This document shows positions 16,327 to 21,191 of a stretch of DNA of 21,191 bases, one piece after another. Source of the DNA: Candidatus Iainarchaeum sp. (lineage in GTDB: Archaea; Iainarchaeota; Iainarchaeia; Iainarchaeales; JAFCCJ01). Numbering within the stretch: position 1 is the stretch's first letter; every line of letters starts with the position of its first letter. A program made the position numbers and the translations under genes. The notes beneath the pieces are model-generated. The model saw only the letters and a list, made by a program, of their open reading frames with translations, had not been told where the DNA came from and did not search any database. The DNA is taken from positions 1 through 21,191 of the forward strand of contig JBDRHK010000004.1 in the NCBI GenBank assembly GCA_043816965.1, written 5' to 3'.

Positions 16327-16382
16327 GTTTGAGACATATGTCTCAAACGTAACATTTATTAATTATGAATCATTATTCATAA
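16327..16382. promoter_or_regulatory. Two inverted repeats flanking the TATA box of the DUF134 gene
   Basis: Perfect 22-bp palindrome GTTTGAGACATATGTCTCAAAC (16327-16348) and TTATGAAT-CATT-ATTCATAA (16363-16382). Confidence 0.65.
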
Positions 16383-16383
16383 C

Positions 16384-16656
16384 ATGCCCAGACCATTTAA
16401 AGAGAAAAAAATCCAGTCAGAAATTATCGCCACTAATTTTGCGCCCTCTTTTATTGAGGCCGAGTTTCTAAGTGAAGTTGTAATCAGCAAAGAGGAAATT
16501 GAGGCAATAAGGCTGGGTGATGTTGAAAAGATGCGGCAAAGGGCTGCCGCAACTGCAATGGGAATCTCGCAACCAACTTTTTACCGTTTGCTTAGCCAGG
16601 CAAGGGGGAAGATGGCTGATGCATTGGTTAACGGGAAACTCATAAGGGTAAAATAG
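16384..16656 (+). CDS. DUF134 family putative DNA-binding protein
   Basis: MPRP start; EEIEAIRL.D....Q..AA..MGISQPTF.R.L..AR.K.ADALVNGK. Confidence 0.9.
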   Translation: MPRPFKEKKIQSEIIATNFAPSFIEAEFLSEVVISKEEIEAIRLGDVEKMRQRAAATAMGISQPTFYRLLSQARGKMADALVNGKLIRVK

Positions 16657-16688
16657 ATTTAAATACTCCGGCGCCCTTTATTGATTCC

Positions 16689-18155
16689 ATGCAAACTGAG
16701 ATTGCAAGGGCGAGAGTTGAGGAAAGCCGATTGAAAAAATCCCTCTCCCTTCCGGAAGTAATTATTTACGGCGTGGGGATAATTCTCGGTGCCGGAATTT
16801 ATGCATTAATCGGGACAACTGCGGGAATTGCCGGCAACACATTATGGTTGTCATTTGTTCTTGCCGCAGTTATTGCATCCTTCAGTGCATTAAGCTACGC
16901 AGAACTTACCTCCCTCTTTCCCAAGTGCGCGGCGGAATTTGTTTACACAAAAAGGGCCACTAAATCGATTTTCCTGGCATTCGGGGTTGGTTACATAGCG
17001 GTTATTTCGGTGATTATTTCCTCAACCACTGTTGCCGTTGGTTTTGGCGGTTACTTTGAGGCCCTAACCGGTTTCCCGGTAATTTTTAGCGCGGCAATAC
17101 TTATTTTACTGCTGTCAATCCTGAATTGGTATGGGATAAAGGAGTCAGCAAAATTCAACATTATTTCAACCGTAATTGAGGCAGGAGGGCTGGTGTTAAT
17201 AATTGTAATTGGCCTTGCCATGATTTCCTTTGGCGGCCTTGCCCTGCCAAACCTGTTTGAATTTCCAGGAGAACCGGCAAATGCGGCAGAAATGTTTTCC
17301 CCTATCTTCGCAGCTGCGGCAATAATTTTCTTCGCATTTCTTGGTTTTGAGGACATTGCAAATATCTCTGAGGAAACTAAAAATGCAAAAGTCAACATAC
17401 CAATCGGCCTACTTGCGGCGGTTGCAATAACAACCGTAATTTATGTTCTTGTCGCAGTTGTATCAGTAAGTGCCGTTCCTTACGCTGTGCTTGGGGAATC
17501 CACCGCCCCCCTTGCCGATGTGGCATCTGCGCTTGGCGGGGAGAGTTTCGGAATATTGAGTGGCAACCTGCTGGGGATTATTGCCCTTTTTGCAACGGCT
17601 AACACTGTTTTGATTCTCCTTATTGTTGCCTCAAGAATGTTTTACGGAATGGCAAAGGAAAAATCACTGCCGGCAATATTTGGGAAAGTGGATAAAAAAC
17701 GCGGCACCCCGGTAATAGCGATTATATTTGTTCTTTTGCTGTCTGCCCTTTTGCTGTTTGGGGTCAGTGACAAACAAGTGGATGATGAAAATAAAAACAC
17801 CCTCCCTGAAAATGCGGATGAAAAAAGCGACAGCCTGCTCTCTACACTTGCGAGCCTTACAAATTTCGGGGTATTCATAATTTTCTTCTCAGTTAACGCA
17901 TCGCTGATAATTTTGCGCTTTACAGAACCAGGCATTGAAAGGCCTTTCAAGGTTCCATTCAGCATTGGCAAAGTTCCTTTGTTGCCATTGCTCGGGGCCT
18001 TATTCTGCCTTTACATGCTAACACACATAACCGGAAATGCAACCATTTTCGGATTTGAGCTTCCAATAGTCCTGTTGGGGATTATATTATACCTAACTTT
18101 TATCCCTGTTTACCTCATTTTCGTTCGCCCCCCTTTCCGAAACGCTATTAAATGA
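16689..18155 (+). CDS. APC family amino acid permease
   Basis: GIILGAGIYAL, ALSYAEL, FFAFLGFEDI, SRMFYGMA, ERPFKVP; about 12 TM segments. Confidence 0.92.
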   Translation: MQTEIARARVEESRLKKSLSLPEVIIYGVGIILGAGIYALIGTTAGIAGNTLWLSFVLAAVIASFSALSYAELTSLFPKCAAEFVYTKRATKSIFLAFGVGYIAVISVIISSTTVAVGFGGYFEALTGFPVIFSAAILILLLSILNWYGIKESAKFNIISTVIEAGGLVLIIVIGLAMISFGGLALPNLFEFPGEPANAAEMFSPIFAAAAIIFFAFLGFEDIANISEETKNAKVNIPIGLLAAVAITTVIYVLVAVVSVSAVPYAVLGESTAPLADVASALGGESFGILSGNLLGIIALFATANTVLILLIVASRMFYGMAKEKSLPAIFGKVDKKRGTPVIAIIFVLLLSALLLFGVSDKQVDDENKNTLPENADEKSDSLLSTLASLTNFGVFIIFFSVNASLIILRFTEPGIERPFKVPFSIGKVPLLPLLGALFCLYMLTHITGNATIFGFELPIVLLGIILYLTFIPVYLIFVRPPFRNAIK

Positions 18156-18196
18156 TTTCTGCCCCTATTTAATTTTAGCTTCTTTCTGGTGATTTT

Positions 18197-19528
18197 ATGC
18201 CTGAGATAAATTTTGAGGAAATTGCTGAACTGATAAAGAAGGGCCAAAGGGCAAAGGCCAGAAAATTAGTTAGTGAAGTTTCCATCAATGAGGCCGCCAA
18301 AATCATAAATGATCTTCCAAGATTGGACAAGTTCTGGTTCTTTTCGATATTGGGCCCAAAAAAAGGGGCAGACGTTATACTTGAACTGAATGATGAGGCA
18401 AGGGAAGAGCTTATTGAGCTGTTGAGCGGCAAAAAGCTGGCAAGGGTCGCAAGTGAGATGAACTCAGATGATGCAACCGACTTTTTGGAGGAACTCCCTG
18501 ATGAAAAGAGCGAAATGGTGCTTGAAACAATGGATGAGGAAGGGGCAGAAGAGGTAAAGAAATTGATGTCATACCCTCCTGAAAGCGCGGGCGGGCTGAT
18601 GCAGAAAGAGTATATTGCTGTTCTTGAAAGCGATAAGATAAAGGACGCCGTAAGGAAAATTAAGAGGGATGTTGAAAAAGCCGGGGATCTGCACAACATA
18701 TTTGTTGTTGACACAACTAATGTCCTGGTCGGGATTCTGCCTGTAAGAAAGTTAATTTTGTTCCCTACCGAAACCGAAATCTCAAAGATTATGGATAAAG
18801 ACCTGATTTCAGTAATGGCTTCAAAGGATCAGGAGGAAGTGGCTAAAATCTTCAAAGAACACGACCTTATTTCAATTCCAGTTATTAATGAAGAACTCCA
18901 TCTTGTCGGAAAGATTACTGTCGATGATATTGTTGAGGTAATTGAGGAGGAGAGCTCTGAGGACTTGTTCAGGATTTTGGGTTTGGGTGGCGAGGTAAAG
19001 GTCAGCGATTCTGTCGGCTCAATGGTGAGAAAGAGGGCGCCCTGGCTTGTGCTGAACCTTGTTACTGCATTCCTGGGTGCGGCAATAGTTGCACTTTTCC
19101 AGGACACAATCCAGTCATTTGTTTTTCTTGCTGTGTTTCTTCCTGTTGTTGCAGCTATTGGCGGAACCTCCGGAAACCAGACTGTTGCGATTATTGTCAG
19201 GGCGCTCGCGCTTGATGAGATTGATTTCAAGAATGTCAGGAAGGTTTTGTTTAGGCAGGTAATGACTGGCCTTATAAACGGGGTATTGGTTGGCTTCATA
19301 ACAGGCATAGTGGCATTTTACTTCTGGAGCAATTTCAAATTGGGTTTGGTGATAATGGTCGCAATGATAGGAAACATCGCAATCTCAGGCCTGCTCGGGG
19401 GATTGGTGCCACTAACCCTCAGAAGGCTGAATGTTGACCCTGCCCTTGCCTCAAGCCAATTCATAACAATGTTCACTGATTCTTTAGGATTTCTTTTCCT
19501 TTTGGGGCTGGCTGCGGCGATTTTCTAA
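18197..19528 (+). CDS. mgtE: Magnesium transporter MgtE
   Basis: MgtE_N, SAGGLM CBS pair, ITVDD, KRAPWL, GGTSGNQT, VDPALAS, TMFTD. Confidence 0.95.
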   Translation: MPEINFEEIAELIKKGQRAKARKLVSEVSINEAAKIINDLPRLDKFWFFSILGPKKGADVILELNDEAREELIELLSGKKLARVASEMNSDDATDFLEELPDEKSEMVLETMDEEGAEEVKKLMSYPPESAGGLMQKEYIAVLESDKIKDAVRKIKRDVEKAGDLHNIFVVDTTNVLVGILPVRKLILFPTETEISKIMDKDLISVMASKDQEEVAKIFKEHDLISIPVINEELHLVGKITVDDIVEVIEEESSEDLFRILGLGGEVKVSDSVGSMVRKRAPWLVLNLVTAFLGAAIVALFQDTIQSFVFLAVFLPVVAAIGGTSGNQTVAIIVRALALDEIDFKNVRKVLFRQVMTGLINGVLVGFITGIVAFYFWSNFKLGLVIMVAMIGNIAISGLLGGLVPLTLRRLNVDPALASSQFITMFTDSLGFLFLLGLAAAIF

Positions 19529-19686
19529 TAATTATGAAAAAAGATTATGATTTTCGTCAAAATTATAACGAATTAATTAAAATTCAAGACTAATTAGGTC
19601 ATAAATAACATTTTATTCGTAACAGGCTCACAATAAAATTGAATTTCAGAATTGAAAATTGAGTTTTAATCGGTATTTGTTTATAA

Positions 19687-20976
19687 TTAAATTTCCCTTA
19701 GATATCCCCAATTATGCAATTTGTCGCTATCCTCAACCCACCTGTCACCGATATCTTTCCGGTAATACATATTCGGGATAATTATGTTATGTATTCTGGA
19801 ATAAACCTGCTTCTGTGCCTGTTTCATTGTCTGGCCGGTTCCGCAAACTATGAGGACTACCCCTGACTTGCCGGTTACAAGCCATTCGCCATTGACAAGC
19901 TTTACGTCCTCTATGTGGACCCCTTCAGTAGGTTTCTTGAAGAAAATAACTGAATCTTTGGACTTGACCTCAAAGGTTTCCTTGTCCTTGAAAGGGAAAG
20001 GGGGAACTACTATCCTGACCCCTATCTGGAATCCACTCCTTACTTTCAGCACTGGCTTGTTTCCCCTCGCAAGTTCATAAAGGAATCCCCCAATCGGAAT
20101 TAACATCCCCTCATGCTGTATGCTTATTGTGGGATAGCCAAACCTTGCAGTAAACTCCAGGGGATGAATCCCATTCCCGTTGACAATGCAGTTTAGGTCT
20201 ATGTAGCCCACATAGCCCTCCTCGGCAAGCTTGCGCTCAAGTTTTTTCAGGGTATGGTTGAAAAGCCTATTTGGGCCGCTCCAGAACATTGATGTTCCCA
20301 TTTCTCCCGTGGATGGGCCAAGATTGCCTGGAAAAAGTTTTTTATGCTCGAAATTAACATTTATTGGATAAATGAATTCCTTTCCATTGAAAAAAGCGCC
20401 GACCGCAACTTCCACTCCCTCAATCCTTTTCTGCAGCTGGAAAACAGGTATTTTCTTAGACCATGCCCTTTTGTAATCCTCCAAAACCTGAAGTACATCC
20501 TTTCCATCATCCTCCTCGCCTACGAAAAGAAGCCCCTTTATGTTCTGGGCCTCGCCGCTTGGCTTTATTACATATCTGGAGGGGTTTTCACGCACAAAAT
20601 TCAGGGCATCATCAAAAGAGGTAAATTCCCTGTAGGGGACTATGTTTACCCCAAACTTTTTCAGCTCCTCCTGACCGAAAGTCCTGTCATCCTCAAGCCT
20701 GTCAGTGTATGGGGTGCCGCCAACAACAAACTTTCCCCGCTCCCTGAGCTTTTTTGCGATGGTCCCATGGCCCAAAACATCATCAAAAATAATGACATCC
20801 GCCCATTCAACCTCTTTTTCCCAATTGTCGACCATCTCGATAAAGCCCACGCCAACCTCCTTTTCCACCTTTTCCTTGGTGTAATATTTGACGTTATGGC
20901 CTTCCTTCACAATCTGCCAGGCAATGTCCACAATAAGGGCGTCATATGAATAAAACAGGAAATTTTTCGGTTCCAT
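19687..20976 (-). CDS. purD: Phosphoribosylamine-glycine ligase (ATP-grasp)
   Basis: LEDDRTFG, YVIKPSG, EHKKLFPGNLGPSTGEMG, LEFTARFGYP, YYRKDIG. Confidence 0.82.
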   Translation of the reverse strand: MEPKNFLFYSYDALIVDIAWQIVKEGHNVKYYTKEKVEKEVGVGFIEMVDNWEKEVEWADVIIFDDVLGHGTIAKKLRERGKFVVGGTPYTDRLEDDRTFGQEELKKFGVNIVPYREFTSFDDALNFVRENPSRYVIKPSGEAQNIKGLLFVGEEDDGKDVLQVLEDYKRAWSKKIPVFQLQKRIEGVEVAVGAFFNGKEFIYPINVNFEHKKLFPGNLGPSTGEMGTSMFWSGPNRLFNHTLKKLERKLAEEGYVGYIDLNCIVNGNGIHPLEFTARFGYPTISIQHEGMLIPIGGFLYELARGNKPVLKVRSGFQIGVRIVVPPFPFKDKETFEVKSKDSVIFFKKPTEGVHIEDVKLVNGEWLVTGKSGVVLIVCGTGQTMKQAQKQVYSRIHNIIIPNMYYRKDIGDRWVEDSDKLHNWGYLREI

Positions 20977-21066
20977 ACACCCTATTTACAATGAACATTT
21001 AATATTCATTGATGTTTTCCAGCGCCTTAAAGATTTTCTGGCGCCTTAGATGCTCTGTAGAAATCC

Positions 21067-21118
21067 TTTATAAATAAAAAAGCGTTCATATTATCGAGGT
21101 GACAACAATGAACGCTTT
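21067..21118 (+). promoter_or_regulatory. Promoter and RBS with an 11-bp inverted repeat
   Basis: TTTATAAA 21067-21074, GAGGTGA 21096-21102, ATG 21108; AAAGCGTTCAT (21079-21089) / ATGAACGCTTT (21108-21118). Confidence 0.6.
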
Positions 21119-21191
21119 ATATCCAATACACTGTTCGAACTTTTATACTTTATGTTTGCGCATTTTTGAGGAAATCCGCTTCCCAGTGCGC
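21108..21191 (+). CDS. Possible 5' end of a gene running off the window
   Basis: Strong SD plus ATG; frame is open to the window end (MNALYPIHCSNFYTLCLRIFEEIRFPVR...); too short to identify. Confidence 0.35.
   Translation, partial: MNALYPIHCSNFYTLCLRIFEEIRFPVR

Noticed and set aside
19529..19686. AT-rich gap between mgtE and purD with a 19-codon ORF
   Set aside because: No RBS or recognisable motif and no ORB-like repeats; consistent with a convergent terminator region.
684..20949. Numerous antisense or overlapping ORFs in the track (e.g. 684-992, 6917-7324, 8236-8679, 18175-18714, 20344-20949)
   Set aside because: They shadow well-supported genes and show no motifs or expression signals.
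21060..21191. Possible CRISPR leader and first repeat
   Set aside because: No repeated unit within the window and no cas genes; the SD plus ATG argues for a gene start.

Overview
Archaeal chromosomal window. TATA/BRE promoters, GGTGA Shine-Dalgarno motifs, many leaderless genes, a PAC2 chaperone and AlaX-M mark it as archaeal; gene style suggests a DPANN lineage such as Iainarchaeota/Diapherotrites (inference). Most genes are housekeeping or metabolic: a PEP-utiliser mobile-domain protein (5' truncated), three class I SAM methyltransferases, a two-subunit class I fumarate hydratase, a DUF362-ferredoxin, CbiM and a second ECF S component, RdgB, PAC2, AlaX, DUF134, an APC permease, MgtE and PurD, plus tRNA-Val(CAC) and tRNA-Leu(TAG). 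The most unusual parts are four. (1) A coiled-coil/winged-helix gene with four helically phased (T/G)CATGA boxes across its start, followed by a strand-specific stem-loop displaying CACCUCCUU, a 16S anti-Shine-Dalgarno mimic. (2) A HerA-like ATPase with a 431-aa LAGLIDADG intein in Walker A that resembles bacterial DnaB inteins, divergent from a coiled-coil gene and a modular Cys-rich lipoprotein. (3) Three highly charged micro-ORFs missed by the ORF track (two basic, one very acidic), each with its own promoter signals. (4) Several palindrome or hairpin clusters. No CRISPR array, integrase or transposase was seen.
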